Shown: positions 30,931-44,108, numbered from the stretch's first letter. The stretch: 64,000 nt of DNA from Schizochytrium sp. TIO01 (GCA_004764695.1 SMSO01000005.1:1736001-1800000); one strand, 5' to 3'. Numbers and translations are program-made. Notes: generated from the sequence alone by a model not told the origin.

Positions 30931-32701
30931 GTAAGGAGCCCTCGTGGACAGCCGCAGCTAGCCTCAATGGGGCAGCAGCGGGTCTTATGTCATTGATGGG
31001 CGGTTTTCCAGCACCAGGCCAGGTCTTGATTGTGTCAGTGCTACTAGAACTTCTGCGAAGTGTCGTAGATGTCTGAACCTGGCGGCTAGTTTCTTGTTGG
31101 TGGAGCGAGAGTGAATTGGAGGCTTCTGTCATCAATGAGCCATGGACTGCAACGTTGTGCTGAGAATTCGCATCGGTTACCTCGAATAACAGTGTGCTGG
31201 GCGAGTCCGTCGAGGACAGTTTTGCGTGAGAAAATTGGGCCGCGAGTTCTCTGCGAACTCTACCATTTTCCTCCACGCGCCGTTGCTGATTGACTTGCCC
31301 CTGCCAGGGTTCCTCCTTCTCACGGTTTACTTCTCCGTGGTCCCGACCATGTCCAACCAGGCCCCTCTTCACGGCACCACTGCTAGGGGTAATTTTACTG
31401 ACATGCTTCCTTGAAGTGCTTTCTCTATCTTCCTGAACCAGAGTTTCTTTTTTACCTCTCCGTTTTCTATCATCCAGCTGCTGCTCTAGCTTCTGCTGAA
31501 ATTCCTCTTGCTCAAGTTCATGTGCGCTCCGCATTTTTTGTCCTCGCAAGTGCTCCGGCTGCTGATCCTGCTGCTGTACATGCCTCCACTCCTGGTCTTG
31601 GTCTGCGAAACCCCAATTGGCTCTTCCCCACAGTCCTTGTGGGCTCACCTCAGTGCCCCGCACCTTAAGACCATCCACAGTATATGCTAAGCCCTCTCTT
31701 TCCATTCCCGCAGAAATAATAGGGGAACCCGCGGACCTTGGCGAAAGTGAACTCGTCCAAGAACCTGGAGATGTTTGCTCGTGCTGATGCTGCTGATGAT
31801 GATAATGGTCATTCTGCTGCTGCTGCTGCTGCACGCCGTGGTGATGACTTCCATGGCCTCCTCCGCTCTGGTGCTGTTGTACCGACACCAGCATCCGCCT
31901 CGCTTGTGCAGGAGACGCTGGCGGTCTCGGTCCCAGAGGCGGTGCCGGCGTCAACTGCCTCTTGGCGGCCTCCTCTGGTTGCTGCTCTGGTTGCTTGTGC
32001 TGCGGCTCACGAGGTGGAGAAGGAGATAGAGAAGATGCAGGCGATGGAGATAAGGAGTTGGGTTGCAGGGTATGCGAGGAGGTCAAAGACATCGATAAAG
32101 AGGGCGGCAACGGAGCAGAAGAAGGAGAATGGGGATAGGGAAGAGATTCGTGGGAATGAGAGCGAAGTTGGGCTTGAGAATGGCCTCGATGGGACTCGTC
32201 ATCCTCCACAGAATGATGGTGAACGCCGTGGTGGTGATAGCGCTGCTGCTGCTGCTGCTGCTGCTGCTGAGGAGGATGGTGACGAGAGTGATAGGAGTGG
32301 TGGAGAAGGTTTACATCGTTTGAGTCGTGATGGTGAAGAGTTTGGTGAGCCTGATGAGATTTAGGATTGAGATCTGAAGAACGATGCAAAGTTAGATGCG
32401 GGTGATGAGCAGAGGAAACGTGCTGCTGCTCTTGATCTTGGTGTTGGTGGTGCTGTTCTTGCTGAGAATAGTGAGAATACGGATAGTGGGGATACTGCTG
32501 ATCGTCAGAGGTCCGCACGGTCATTTGGGCTCTTGAAGATGAAGATGTCCGCGAGGCGAGAGAAGCAGCACCAGCAGCACCAGCAGCAATGTGATGATGC
32601 TGAGGAGGAAGGATAGGAGCTGGCCTCGGCCCATCGTCCTCGTCAGGGTTATCGGCTGAAGCCCCGTCTTTGCGGCGGCGGGCAGAGGCGAGCCCGTGCA
32701 T
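30851..32701 (-). CDS. His/Gln/Ser/Pro-rich low-complexity ORF, probably the N-terminal part of the AGC kinase
   Basis: 616-aa ATG-initiated ORF with poly-Q and His-rich tracts. Same strand as the kinase ORF, overlaps it in a different frame, and has similar disordered composition. Confidence 0.65.
   Translation of the reverse strand: MHGLASARRRKDGASADNPDEDDGPRPAPILPPQHHHIAAGAAGAASLASRTSSSSRAQMTVRTSDDQQYPHYPYSHYSQQEQHHQHQDQEQQHVSSAHHPHLTLHRSSDLNPKSHQAHQTLHHHDSNDVNLLHHSYHSRHHPPQQQQQQQQQRYHHHGVHHHSVEDDESHRGHSQAQLRSHSHESLPYPHSPSSAPLPPSLSMSLTSSHTLQPNSLSPSPASSLSPSPPREPQHKQPEQQPEEAAKRQLTPAPPLGPRPPASPAQARRMLVSVQQHQSGGGHGSHHHGVQQQQQQNDHYHHQQHQHEQTSPGSWTSSLSPRSAGSPIISAGMEREGLAYTVDGLKVRGTEVSPQGLWGRANWGFADQDQEWRHVQQQDQQPEHLRGQKMRSAHELEQEEFQQKLEQQLDDRKRRGKKETLVQEDRESTSRKHVSKITPSSGAVKRGLVGHGRDHGEVNREKEEPWQGQVNQQRRVEENGRVRRELAAQFSHAKLSSTDSPSTLLFEVTDANSQHNVAVHGSLMTEASNSLSLHQQETSRQVQTSTTLRRSSSSTDTIKTWPGAGKPPINDIRPAAAPLRLAAAVHEGSLLEEQVRVQHPRDSNLLLLLLPRRPPH
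32242..32269 (-). repeat. (CAG)n coding microsatellite (poly-Gln)
   Basis: gctgctgct... on the + strand encodes the QQQQQQQQQ run in the 616-aa ORF. Confidence 0.9.
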
Positions 32702-33291
32702 GGAGGCCCCGTTCCTTTCTTCCTCAGTTTCTATATTTTCTACTTTTGAATCTGTGAATTTGAATCTGGGAGTTGGGCCTGCGCGGCACGAAGAGACCTG
32801 GCCTCCCGGCCCTGCGGTCTCGCGGCGCTGCAGACCTTTCTCCTCACGACGCTTTGACCTGTGAGAGTGTAAGCCTGTCTCCTTGCCAGCTGAGAGTCCG
32901 TCTGTCTGCCTGTCTAAAGTCTCTGAGATTCGAAATTTGAAATCCGCTGTGCCGACAAGGCCGCCTTTCGGGTCGCGGCGGGTCTTCGCGCCCTTTGCGG
33001 CGCAGGGTCTGCTGCTGGCGGCCTCCCGGGCCTGCCTGCGGCTTCCTGCTGCCCCTGCTGCGAGCCTAGAGCCTGCGGCGTCGGCTGCTCGACCCGGAGA
33101 CTTTGCGCCGCGAGCGGACTTGGGCGCTCGCGAGTTGTTCTCGCTTTGCTGTCGATCGCCTGAGAAAGAAAGAGAAGGCGAAGGAGAAGTGGCACTTTAA
33201 AAACTACTTTAAGTAAGTAAGACCCAATATTGGTAGAGATAATGGTACCGTGAATATAAAATAATCGAATTTTCTTTTTTATTCTTTTAAA

Positions 33292-33316
33292 AAACAAACA
33301 AACAAACAAACAAACA
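33292..33316. repeat. (AAAC)n microsatellite
   Basis: Read directly. Confidence 0.9.
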
Positions 33317-33980
33317 ACAAATAAACATTTTATTTTAAAAAAATTAAAAGTCATTTGGAAAACTTATCGTGAGCGCTACCACTAATAGCAGTCCACTACC
33401 GCCAGCTAGTAAGTTTAAATATTATGGGTTTTACTTTCTCCTCTTCCTGTTCCTTTGTCCGGTATTTCCGGGAGAAAGTTATGCAAGAAAAGAAAAAGCA
33501 ATTGATTATTTCTTATTCTATATTTAATAGTATATTCAAGACAGAAACTAATAAAATATACACATATTATACATACTTGACAATGAGCAGCGCAAAGAAG
33601 CACTTGGAAAGTTTATCCAAAGCCCATTCCATTGAGACGACTTTTTCTTTTTCTTCCTTACTACCTTCCTACGCTAGCATGATCGATCATGCCTCTTTGA
33701 AAGTCTTCAGCAGGTTGTAATGAAAGGGGTGAAAACCTTGTCTTCGTGCCCTGCTCGTGAAGAAGACAAGGACAAGATGGGTCTGACCTGGGTGACTGCC
33801 TCCCAACTTGTTTTCTCTGTGTCGACCCTCGTGATCTTTCCGTTTTCTCTGTTTCTCCTTCTCCTGCGCTGGTGCCTCCTCGCGTGAATAGGGATGCTCT
33901 TCGCCTTTCTCGCAAGTAATAAAGCAGACGGCAATTGTGCGAGCAAATAAAAAAACTTCTTTGCATATTCTTTCTCCCGG

Positions 33981-34129
33981 TTCTTTCTTTCTTTCTTTCT
34001 TTCTTTCTTCATTTTTATTTTATACTATTTCCAACTTTACAAATTCAATCAAAATTAAACTCTTAAATTGCATACATATATACATACATACATACATACA
34101 TACATACATACATACATACATACATACAT
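33981..34129. repeat. (TTTC)n at 33981-34009 and (CATA)n at 34081-34129
   Basis: Read directly. Confidence 0.95.
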
Positions 34130-34854
34130 TTGCTTTACTGCTTTAGAAAACATAGCAGGATCCCAAAGGAACAAAGTACCCTATCTATAGTGGTGCTTTT
34201 CGACAATGGAGCACCAAAAGTTCGACGAGAGGATTCATCATCTGTGAATCAATCTAATTAATACTCGCAGCAGAGTGCACGCTGCTGATCATGCATGTTC
34301 GAGTGAAGCAGCGCACTTCTACCCCAAAGCAATGAGCTCGACCGCTCTTCATCTTCATACAGACAGACAAACACATAGTAGCTAGCTGCTTCTTGGCTAT
34401 AGCTTGTCCGCCGAGACTGCGGCCTTCACGAAGTCCACTTTACACTAGCCAGAGAGAGAGAAAGGGGGAGCTAGTAGGAGTCCACTACGCCTGTCTGAGC
34501 GGAGGCGTGGTTGGAAGGGAAGAAATAATAAGGACCTCACCTTTTTTCCTGGTTCTCACTTTTCCCTTGTGGAAGCAAGCTGGGATTCCGCTTTTCCGCT
34601 ATTTTCCTATTACTTTCCACCTTTCCCGCTGTTTCCAATCAGAATTCCTCCTGGATTCCTCTGCTTCTCCGTAACAACAGCCATCTATCTATCTATCTAT
34701 CTGGTGGCAGTCCTAGCCAGCTAGATCCTCAGGCAGGCGAAGAAAGCGGCGGCATACTTTGTCCTTCCACTTGTGGGCTCGCTAGGCCTTCGTTTTAACT
34801 TTGATCTTAGGTTAACTTTACTACTTTTTTTAAAATAAAGAAGAGTAAAAGTAG

Positions 34855-34890
34855 AAAAAGAAAAGAAAAGAAAAGAAAAGAAAAGAAAAA
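34855..34890. repeat. (AAAAG)n microsatellite
   Basis: Read directly. Confidence 0.9.
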
Positions 34891-36210
34891 AAAAGCACAA
34901 GATGGCCCACCAAGGCACCAAAACTGGTAGTAGCAGTAGGTAGGTACTACCAGGCCCGTTCTTTCGTTCTCGCTTCACCACAGAAGTAGTAAAAAACAGC
35001 AACAACAAAAACAAACAGAGATGATCGTGTGAGTTCAATCAATCAAGGCATAATCGAGGAACTAGAACGGAAGCTCGTCTTGCAGGTAGAGAACAGGAAG
35101 GTTCTCCACCTCAAGTCTGCTCCACAAGTAGGTAGCCAGGTGCCACTGCCTGCCTACCTGTTAGGTCTTCTGTGCCTTCCTTCTCTTCTGCCTTCAGTAT
35201 GCCGATCTCAAGCATCTCTCGCCTTGTTGGCTTGGGATTAAGTGGCTTTGCTTTGATAGAGGCTTTGGCGCTGCATATTACTAATGGAGAGCTAATTATC
35301 TCCCTCTCTCTCTCTATATATATACAGAGGAACTGAATAATTGTGTGAAAGCTGTACCTATCTGATATTGCTGAGGCGCTGCTAAGCCAGCTCAAAATGC
35401 ATGATGCTGACGGCGTCCCTGGTATGGGCAGGCTCGTTACTGCCAGCCCACACCGTCCTGCGGCGAGCTGGTCGGCAGTCTCGCCGTCTGCAAAGCCCCA
35501 AGGATGCACATCACATTCCATGCTGCTTTCCGAATTGCACCCATCATTCGGTAAGTAAGTGCCTTTTCCTTTCCCTTTTTCTTTGATGCTCGTGTTCTTG
35601 TTCTTTCTCGTTTCAATTAAGAACATCAAAAAATTATATCTTTTTTCTCCCTTCTCTTAAAAAAAATTGAAAAGACATTTTAGTTTAACTTGTTGGTTTT
35701 AAGCAGCCTATACTTTAAAAGGAAAAAAGTATTCATGCGATCGAACTAGAAATTGCTACTTCAAACTCTAGGCAGTGAGTGGCAATGAAGAGACTGAGGA
35801 GAACATTTGCTTACAAGGAGAAAGATAAGCAAATATTAGGCACCCACTAACACTTCCTACTTTCATGGCCATCAGCAAATTATCAGAAGAGGTCGTCGGT
35901 TTCGAGGGATGAAGCAGCATCTCGAAATCGAGGATCTCGAAATTCCCGGAATGAACCCAAGAACCCATCACAATCATCAGAAACACCTACACACAAACGA
36001 AACCTGCAGAAGGCACCTCCTCCTTGCCTGGAGAGGAGAAGAACAGGACCGTTGGTGGATCTAATCTATCCATCCATGTTCTGCCCAGGAGCCCACTTCC
36101 TCATATCGACCTAGATTGGCTGCCGTTTTTGTTTGTTGCCCCACAAAACGCCCATTCCTCCACAGACATTCCGTGTTTCTTTCTCTCCATACTCCATAAA
36201 TAAACCATGC

Positions 36211-36276
36211 ACATACATGCATACATGCATACATACATACATACATACATACATACATACATACATACATACATAC
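36211..36276. repeat. (CATA)n microsatellite
   Basis: Read directly; explains the spurious MYVCMYVC and HTYIHTYI ORFs. Confidence 0.95.
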
Positions 36277-36642
36277 ACAAAAGTAACGCAGCACGAGCCT
36301 TCTGAAGCAGCTGCCCGTCGTGCCAGAAGGCCTCCAGGGCCGCGTTCTTCGCCGCGATCTTAGACGCTGCTGCTTTCCGTGCCTTCTGGTGCACACTCGC
36401 TGCACCGTGCGCACTGTCTGTGCACTGCGGTCACGATCCCCAAAGTACAGGCAGCCGTAGAGCGCCATACTCCTGCTTAGCACTGGTTATCACAGTCATC
36501 GTGATGTTGTTTGAATTCATTCATATTCATTCACTTTCTGCTTCATTTCTGTCTGCAGAATAGTTTTCAGAGCGAAATGAAAGCACTTTGATTGAAAGGC
36601 AGCTATCGCTAAGCTTAAGAAAGAGAGAAAGAGAGACAGAGG

Positions 36643-36669
36643 GAAAGAAAGAAAGAAAGAAAGAAAGAA
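36643..36669. repeat. (GAAA)n microsatellite
   Basis: Read directly. Confidence 0.9.
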
Positions 36670-37149
36670 TAAGCATTAGTAAATGAATATTTTATAATTA
36701 ATCATAAATAATTCACTGAAAAGAGAAGCTGCACGATCGCTCCTTCGTGAAAGAATACGATAGCAGAGGTAATAGGAGAGGTATGTATGTAGTATGGGTT
36801 GTCTGGTGGAATGTAAGTTATGTGGGCTGGCGCAGCGGTCGCTTGGATCCTTTGAGAAGCCCACGATTGCGGAGTCCTGCTCGTAGGCTGCCTTTCACTG
36901 ATGGGCCGGCTGAGACTCGACTCGACTCGAGTCAAGTAGCGTGGCACCTACCAGTGGCGATGGGAGGCAAAGGTTTTAGTTTTGTAAATGTTAGATTGAC
37001 CTCTAGCTAGAGTATGTGGCGCACTCTTCAGCACTCTTGACTCCGCTGCTGCCTGCGAGAGGTCAAGGAAGAATACGTACGTACCTAAATGGCATGAGCT
37101 GAGAAGAAGAGGAAGTCCGTCCTCCCTCCATATCATATGATGAACTTGT

Positions 37150-37188
<39 letters not shown>
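37150..37188. repeat. (CAG)13 microsatellite, apparently non-coding
   Basis: Read directly; a (TAGC)n tract follows at ~37234-37252. Confidence 0.95.
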
Positions 37189-37189
<1 letters not shown>

Positions 37190-37902
37190 GATCTCCGAAT
37201 AGAAGCAAGTCATCGGCATCGGCATCGACCGGCAGCTAGCTAGCTAGCTAGCTTAGCTTCCTGCCATGCTTCAGGGAACGTGAGTGAGCATCGTGAGCGA
37301 TAATCCCATAGAGCTGCTGCTAGGTGGCACTGCACTTTGACTCTCGAAACCGCTCTCGAGAAGGCCAGACTTCTGCCGTACTGAAGTGCCACTTCCGCTG
37401 TCTTTTGACACCGCAACTTCTCTGCAAGTTGTGGGGCAGTGATTCCTAGTCCGTTTGTCCATGCCAGGTAGGACCTGCTTACTTACCGGCATCTCACTCT
37501 CGCTGGTGTCACGGAATAACGCTTGATGATGATGGGCAGAACTAGGCGTGCGCTGCATTTTGCAGGTTACACCTTATCAGTGTGATGTGGCGCTCAGGTA
37601 TGATTGACGTTACCTGAACGTCTGACGAAGATCGCCTGATCCAGCCGATACATTGCATTGTTGACCCCTCGACGCATCTGGTAGACTGGGAACCGTCTCC
37701 GCCGGCGCAAGCCCAGTTCTTCGAGTGGTCGCTCACGGCCGCCGTCGAAACACAGCCATGGTTCTGCTCACACGGACTTACTTTCTTTCTCGAGCTGCCC
37801 ATGATCTGACTGTACGTTCCTACGTAGGTATGAAAACACGAAAGACCCTCGCAAGGTAAGCTAAGCATTACTGGCACAAGAGAGAGCTAAAAATGATTAT
37901 AT

Positions 37903-37927
37903 TATTGATTGATTGATTGATTGATTG

Positions 37928-37968
<41 letters not shown>
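37903..37968. repeat. Compound (GATT)n-(GTT)n microsatellite
   Basis: Read directly. Confidence 0.95.
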
Positions 37969-38927
37969 CGTTATCGAAGTGTTTATTCTCCTTCTTCTCA
38001 CATGATAGTACTTTAGGTAGTGCTAACCCTGCTTATGTGAGTGCTAGTTCCTTCTGACTCTGCTTTCCTCAACGGATCGTCCGAATATCTTCTTAGCCTT
38101 AGTTGTCTCTGCTTTGGTTGAGGCCTCGGGCTCGCGTGCAGTACGACGCCCGTGATAGCTCGTCGCGACAAGGACGCAAGTCTGGCAGAAAGAGAGAGGC
38201 AGACGGACATGCCTACGCGCGGCTCTATCTTCGGGGGGAGGGGGAGGGGGAGGTAGCAGACAGCACGCAATCTAGGTGCTGAAGATTGTCATCTGTACAG
38301 GGAGAACTGCCGGATGGGCTCGTGCAGATCGTGCAGACATCCTTTGTTCACGGGCTTCACAGCGAGTCAGTCTGCCACCCAGGACGCTAAACGCCAACCC
38401 GGAGGTCAAGAACCATCAAGAGTTTAGCTGTCCGCCTACGCGAGCGCTGACAAAGCGGGGGGCGGTGTCCATGGCGCAGAAAACGCGCGTGCGCAAATTA
38501 GAATAGCAAAACCAATATACTTAGGTTTGTTCAGATCATGCAATGGCATAAAACACATTTTCAAGAAAAAAAGTTTAATATTATTATTATTTACCTGCTT
38601 TCTTATTTTGTTTTTCTGTCTCTAATATATAAAACAAATGAAGAACTTTTAAAAATACACCTGTCCGATATAGATTTTTAGATTAAAAATTAAAGCATTT
38701 TAAAAATTTATTATCCATCTATATAATTAATAACTTTAATATGGTACCTAGATAAGAAAGAATCGCCGTGCGAATTCTGTGTGTTTTTATTTGTCTTGGT
38801 TATTTTCCTAGTTTCTGACTTTTCTTTTGCAAGTCATCACGTATTTATCATGTTCATCCATTTGGATTGTTGTGATGCTTCGAGTTTGCCACCTCGCTTT
38901 CAGTACCACTTCCGGTCAGTGAGTGAG

Positions 38928-38930
<3 letters not shown>

Positions 38931-38965
<35 letters not shown>

Positions 38966-38995
38966 GGCCAGCCAGCTAGCTAGCTAGCTAGCTAC
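38931..38995. repeat. Compound (GCCA)n-(GCTA)n microsatellite
   Basis: Read directly. Confidence 0.95.
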
Positions 38996-41900
38996 CACAC
39001 AAGGAGACATCATTGATTTGCGTTACCATAGCGTCAAGACAGACTGGTTAGAATGGAACCCAATTAGGGCTGCTAGGTAAAAAGGTTGAAGCCTGGCCGC
39101 ACTCGGAAAGTTTAGAAAAAGCATATGGTGCGTGAGCCTGGTTTCGTCTTCAAAGTTTTCATCTGGCTTCGCGCTTTAGATAAAAATTACTTTCTTGGCA
39201 TGTTCGCTGCGAAATATAGAATTTCAATGTTACATATTGTACACAAAGAATACTGCGCTTCTTGCAAAGAACCAGGATACATTTTAAGCCTAAACATGAC
39301 ATATGTTGCGAAACCTACACAAAAAGATCAAGAAGAATAAAGTTTCTTATCTTGCCACGAATCAATTAAAATATATAGAAAGCAATACTGTGAAGCTCCA
39401 AAGCGGATTTTTAGCATTGTGTCTTTTCTATTTTTCTATTTTTTTAATAGTCAAAAGACAAATCAATATGGAAGCCAGCAACGTCAACGCTGTCATTATT
39501 TGCTTTACAACTTGAGAAGAGTCGTTCGCCTTGAATGGGTAGGAAAGTTCAACGCTGTATATAGCTCCAGACTACGGCACGCATATTTACCTAGCATGGT
39601 TAGTACTACTATGGTTCTTTGTATGTTCTTTGATATGAGATACCCACAATCATGCAGCGCGTTTCTTTATCTATCAATGGAAGGCGCGGAAAACAAAACA
39701 AAAAATCTCAACAAATGAAGTGATTTCTATCAGTCTCAGATACAAAATATGTACAGAATGGCAGATTTACGATAGCATCTAGAATCTAGAACGCATATAT
39801 AGTGAATGATTCTTACTTTAGTCTCCCTCTACCCCCAAAACAGATTCCATAGCTTAAAATAGTGCCAATGCAAGGTAGCCTTTTGACACGAGTGGTGTCA
39901 CGTTATCCATTCCTAAATCACAAATTCTTTCTTTTATTGGTTTGGTAAAAAATTCGACTTTTATGTAGACAACATCTCGCAAATGTAGCAGTTTATAAGC
40001 CAAGAGTTCAACGTTTAAAGTCTCGGACTTCTGTCTTTGCTCTTTTTTAATTGCCAAAAGTACAGTTCCATCTTACCCATGCAACAACATTCGTTGCAAA
40101 TATTAAAAGACAGGTAGGCGCGTGTTCCCTCAGATTGTGAAATCGACGAATCGAGTTCATGAAACACCATTATAAGCATTTTCATCTCTTCAAGTTTGGT
40201 TAACCTTTCATAAAAGAGATCTGGAATTATGCTTGACTGTTTTGAAAGCAACCAAAGTAGGGTCTTTCCTTTTTGCAGAACCTAGGTACCTAGAAGCGGA
40301 TGATTGGCTGAAAAGTAAAATCTAAGCTAGGCCGGGGATTCACACTCATAACCATCATATTAACAATACGCGACCTTTGCTCAACCATGATTTGCGTTGG
40401 TGTGCGAAAGGAAGCGCGGGCAGTTACTGAGGAGAAGTGATACATTTTGGTAGGCTCGAACAAGGTTTTCTACAAATGAGCTTCCCTTTTGATTTTAACG
40501 TGCGGCTAAGGTAACGGATGCTGGAGATCGAGCTTAGATGCTGGTTGCTTCTCTTGGCCTTTATTTGATAGCAAAAAAGTAAACCGTAGTTTAGAAAAGC
40601 TCAAAAGTCTCAAAGTCTGATGGGGCGTTTACTTTTTTTGCTTTTTTGCTTTTTTCCTTTTAGAAGGTGTGGCGAGAAGGTTCAACAGGAACGCGCTAAG
40701 ATCCTTCAGAGAACGTGTTATTGTCATTTGGAGAGGAGTAGCTCATGTGAAAGACCCTTTAGTCCTAAGCCTATACAAAAATAGTATTCTTTTAAAATTT
40801 ATCATTTTAAAAGAAGAAAAACAAGAAATTGACACCAATCCTCTTTTTGCAAAAGTCTTTTTCAGTGTTTATTTTTAAAATAGCTTTAGATAAAACCTTT
40901 TTAATTGAAATAGTTTTTAAGAATAGTTTTCCTTCGATTGACTCATCTCCAAATAAAATATTTTGCGATAACACAATCTTCAAGTCAGCAATATCTTCAC
41001 CCTAAGAATGGCTGAAATTTAAAAGTCCCTTTCGCACTCATAAAGCGCAATATCCCAGCACGTTCATTCTCCAATCGTTTGTTTATTTATTATTTCGTTT
41101 TATATTGATCTTTTAAAAGAAAGAGGTGGTGGTGCGATTATTGTTCTATTTTCTTAACATTTTTTTTTAATAAACTGTGGGTAAAGTCTCGCAGTAGTAC
41201 AAAAGCTTCAAATTGTCATGTATTAATTAATTATTTATTTATTTCAAGTTATTTCTAGTCACCCTTCTTCCCTAGCAAAAGGGGAATAAAGAAACAAGGA
41301 GCATTCGAAGGCACAATTGTGACCAGAAACACCATCTTCTCTGATTTAGAGCAATTTGTGGAGCCAGCAGCGCCAAGCTGATCGATTTGGCAGCCGGCTT
41401 ATACCATTCTTGCAAAAGACGGTGCATGACTGTTGTTTCTCGTACCACTAGTGCACAGTTCAGCCTCTTGGCCGTAAAGAACGAGGTGTTTGGGGACAAC
41501 CATGGGAGACAAGAAGCCTCATGGCCGGGTCCCTTAGTGTGGATCATATAAAGCGAAACAAAACAAAACAAAAAACTACTCTGCAGATCTGCCACTTAGA
41601 TATGCCGCATCGTTGTCATGTATGACGTCTCTGACGAGCAAAGGCAAAGAGCGATTGATTGCGCTCAGGCTTCTGCTACCGTTGTTTCAAGCTGTAGGGA
41701 GGGCAGTCTAGCAACACATATAGCTAGCTGTCCGCCTCCTGAATGCACAACGGACTTCAAAGTTCACAGCTATTCGTAACAAACAGCGATCTCTGATTTC
41801 AAAGAGGCCGGAGTATTTCTCCGTTGTTGCGTACAAGCCAGAATTATATGTCTGCTACTTATCAAGCTGTTATTTTCCATCAATGTTTATCTATAACTTT

Positions 41901-44108
41901 TTCTTTTCTTAGTGTTGCTGCTGCTGATGAAAATAAGTTTTTATTAGTGGTAAAATTGGTCAATCAGCTGTGTGTAAGGACACCAAACAGCATGTTTTTT
42001 AAATTGAATGTTAAGATTATAACGGCGTCTGCCGATACTGTAGCTATCCAGTCTTCATCCCGTGCAAGTACCATTGTCTCGTGCTTAGGAGGGAGACGGG
42101 GATTGCTCTTATGTTTTCGGTTCTGGTCCGCCACCACGACTGATCAAAAGGCGAAAAGCTTTTTCAAAGTAGAATATATATAATGTTCGGTGCAAAGAGT
42201 TCCATTGATATGAAAATTTGAGCGATTTGAGCAAAAGAAACCGTTTGCTCTGGGTTTTATGATGAAACCGGGTTTGTTCACATGTTGAATCGTGTGTTTC
42301 AACAAAGCCATTTTCACTTCTACCTCTTCTTCTTCTTTTTCTTCTGCATTCATATACATATATGTATATATTAATATATTGGTTTTCCAAAAAAAATTAA
42401 AAAAAAAGCGTTTTCAATGAATATGCAGTAAGAATTTAGTCTTCCACTCTTAGGCTGTTTTAGTAAAATTTTCGTTCTTGAAGTTTGCCTCTTTTCTTTT
42501 CTTTTCTTTTCTTTTCTGTTTTAATAATCGTAAACGACCTTCTCAATTTTGCCTTTCCCTCGCCCAGATGAGAATCCCTCTTACAAACCAGCCAAGTTCG
42601 GGAAAGGCCAACTGCCATGCAGTTTGTATGCACAACGTGTGGTACTAGAAACCAATGGCAATTCATTTACGTTATTTTCGGAAACTTTCAAATGGCCCAA
42701 CGCGCAAGCATTGTCGCGCAGACACATAGTGCACCGGGACTTGAATGCTAGAAAACACGGCCGGCGTTTTCTGTGTTTCTGTTTTATAATCCATTGATCT
42801 TGCCGTTGTGTATAGTTTCCATCCGCTTATGTAAATAGGTTCTGTCGGCGATAGGTGCAAATTGAAGTTTGCGACCCAAATTGTTCATTAAAAAGACGCG
42901 CCTCTGAAGAGTCATGCAAGGCGTCGTTGTATACTTTAACCAAGCAAGTACGTACGAGGAATCAGTCGGAATCCTAATGCAATTCTATTTCTAATAACAA
43001 AGCTCTCAATAACTTGAATGAGAGGTGGCGATTTACAGTTTGGCCCTAGATTCATTGAACAGCAAATAAATAGAATGATCAATTTATGAATTTGATTTTG
43101 TTCTACATTGAGGTTTGGGCGTTCGTACCAAGTTATGCCAGCGATACTTGCAACCTATACTTTAAAAAACTATAAATAAATTTGCAACGAATGATTGGTT
43201 TGGTTTCATTTTTACCCACGCTAAAAGAGATTTTACTCTGACTAGTCAGAGTGGTACTATGGTCTTTTTGTAGAGTTGCTCGTACCCTACTTGAGTTTGC
43301 AGTGCTCGGGTAGTTACTTTCTAGATAGTACTAAGGATTGTTGAATTTACAAAAGTTTGCAGCGCGAGAGAAAAGGATTACCTCAAATCGTCTGAGCATC
43401 ATTGTCATTATACATCACGCTGCTCGCGCACCGTTGTTCACTTTCTGCCTTGTGGAAAACAATTCATTTATTTTTGAAGATCCAAGCCCTCGCAGCTCTC
43501 AATCTTGCCTCAGTCTGTCTACTGTTGTCTCCTACCCTACATAGGTACTACCTACCTATTAGTGCTGAAACTCCAACTTCATCATCGAATAGATACATGG
43601 AAGATTTCACAGAATCGTAAGGAATCGAAGGTTTAATTTTCAAGTCTCAGATTTTCTACACAACATCAACAGCACTAGTAGTAATATGATTGATTATTAT
43701 GCTATGTTTACACATACTTTGTTTTAATTCAAAGGAAAATGTTTTTATTTATTCATTTCACCTACTATTCGTTTTTATTCAAAACAATTATTATAAATAA
43801 TAAAGTGTGGAGCGTTGCTGAGTTTGTGGCTGTCAATGATCACATACCAGACATTCGCGATACCTGCTGAAGCTCTTCAGTCAGGCATTTGACCACGGCA
43901 GAATTTCAGGCCTTCAGACTCGGGCCATTCAGTACATCCAGAGTGGCTCTTCCAGCATTTCTAACAATTTGACTTAGCCAGCAGCAGCTTCTTACGATCC
44001 ACCAGCGAAGCATGCATCCCGAATTAATGACAAGCACCACCCAAAATAACAACTAAACTTGAATAGAAGAACCACAAATGAATTATACAGCTAGTTCACC
44101 ATAGTAGT

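Noticed and set aside
31738-32364. 208-aa plus-strand Ala/Glu/Gly-rich ORF
   Set aside because: Antisense of the CAG/CAT-rich low-complexity ORF.
14299-32701. Cyclase + TPR scaffold + CSN7 + AGC kinase as an operon-like signalling or defence system
   Set aside because: Eukaryotic genes in mixed orientations; adjacency alone is not evidence of a shared pathway without synteny or co-expression data.
36061-36483. ORFs containing MYVCMYVC or HTYIHTYI
   Set aside because: Translations of the (CATA)n microsatellite.
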